Below, in pieces: positions 14,657-15,355 of a stretch of 15,355 bases of DNA; the stretch's first letter is position 1; each line of letters starts with the position of its first letter. A program made the translations under genes and the position numbers. The notes beneath the pieces were generated by a model. The model did not search any database and was not told the DNA's origin. It worked only from the letters and a program-made list of their open reading frames with translations. Source of the stretch: Candidatus Bathyarchaeia archaeon. GTDB taxonomy: Archaea > Thermoproteota > Bathyarchaeia > 40CM-2-53-6. The stretch is taken from assembly GCA_049517415.1 (NCBI GenBank), contig JBEKSC010000040.1, positions 1 to 15,355 on the forward strand. The letters are read 5' to 3'.

Positions 14657-15355
14657 TTGGGTGAATTTGCAACCTTTAATGATTTTGAGAAAGAAATTCG
14701 ACGCATAATTTCCGAAGCTGACGGTAGAAAGATCCCTCTGAGGATATTGGGCGGCGCAGCAATTCGTATGCACTGTCCAGCCCATAAGGACTTGTACGAA
14801 AAGCTCAAACGCGTCCCAAAGCACGACATGGATTTCGTTACCTACAGCAAGTTTCGCCCACTCACAAAGAGCCTCTTCATCGACTTGGGATATGAGCCGT
14901 ACATCTCCCTCATGCTCACAGGAGCCACAGGAAGGCACAGACAGATTTTCAACGATAAGGAAGGAAACAAAGCCATAGACGTCTTTCTAGACAAGCTCCA
15001 AATGTCTCACGTGATCGACTTCACCGGCAGGCTTGAGGTTGATTCACCCACTGTACCGTTGGCGGAGCTTCTTCTGCAAAAGCTTCAGATTGTCCAGACG
15101 AATGAAAAAGACATCCAGGACGCGATAATACTTCTGAGCGAACACGACATCGGGAAAGGAGACGCGGAACAAGTCAACGGGGGATACATCGCTGAGATTT
15201 TAGGAAATGAATGGGGGTTCCACTACACAGTATCAGAGAACCTCGCCAAACTGAAGGAGTTCCTAGGCAAGTACGGCCTAAGTAAGCAAGATAACGAGGC
15301 AGTTTTAGAAAGAATTGACCGGCTTCGAGATATGGCTGAGAAACAGCCGAAAACG
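14657..15355 (+). CDS. Uncharacterised nucleotidyltransferase-fold protein, paralog 2; 3' end runs off window
   Basis: Translated by hand: TTG 14657 (GAGGT at 14647-14651), 233 codons with no stop. LRILGGAAIRMHCP, RVPKHDMDFV, IDVFLDKLQMSHVIDF, ELLLQKLQIVQTNEKDIQD, NEWGFHYT, QPKT. Colinear with 8712..9470 motif for motif. Confidence 0.85.
   Translation, partial: MGEFATFNDFEKEIRRIISEADGRKIPLRILGGAAIRMHCPAHKDLYEKLKRVPKHDMDFVTYSKFRPLTKSLFIDLGYEPYISLMLTGATGRHRQIFNDKEGNKAIDVFLDKLQMSHVIDFTGRLEVDSPTVPLAELLLQKLQIVQTNEKDIQDAIILLSEHDIGKGDAEQVNGGYIAEILGNEWGFHYTVSENLAKLKEFLGKYGLSKQDNEAVLERIDRLRDMAEKQPKT

Noticed and set aside
14558..14938. Minus-strand ORFs 14558-14938 and 14635-14829
   Set aside because: Antisense to the NTase paralog starting at 14657, which has a ribosome site and clear homology to 8712-9470.
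1..15355. CRISPR array, IS element, integrase, rRNA
   Set aside because: No regularly spaced repeats, transposase or recombinase motifs, or rRNA-like sequence seen.

Overview
Archaeal genomic window. Bathyarchaeia-like is my inference, from the archaeal-type HMG-CoA synthase, an archaeal APC permease ending in EIPP, TATA-like boxes and many TTG/GTG starts with GAGG(T) ribosome sites. The left end has an HMG-CoA-synthase-family gene fused in frame to a C-terminal DUF35 (Zn-ribbon/OB-fold) domain; it runs off the window and is absent from the ORF track. Next come a half-SWIB + Zn-ribbon protein and a GOLD/p24-like membrane protein. A C-terminally short KimA/YdaO-type APC transporter follows, flanked by two gene remnants (an inverted KimA-paralog fragment and an SDR C-terminus). 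Then a histidine-ammonia-lyase-family gene with an Ala-Cys-Gly MIO triad and a threonine/serine dehydratase. The right half holds the best candidate for an undescribed system: two paralogous AbiEii/DUF1814-like (Pol-beta fold) nucleotidyltransferases with no antitoxin visible, clustered with a GNDD-variant metallophosphoesterase, an APC permease, a class-V PLP enzyme lacking the desulfurase Cys, and a NitT/TauT ABC pair lacking a binding protein. The second NTase also runs off the window and is missing from the ORF track. I found no tRNA, rRNA, CRISPR array or transposase. All family calls come from motif recognition by eye; no searches were run.
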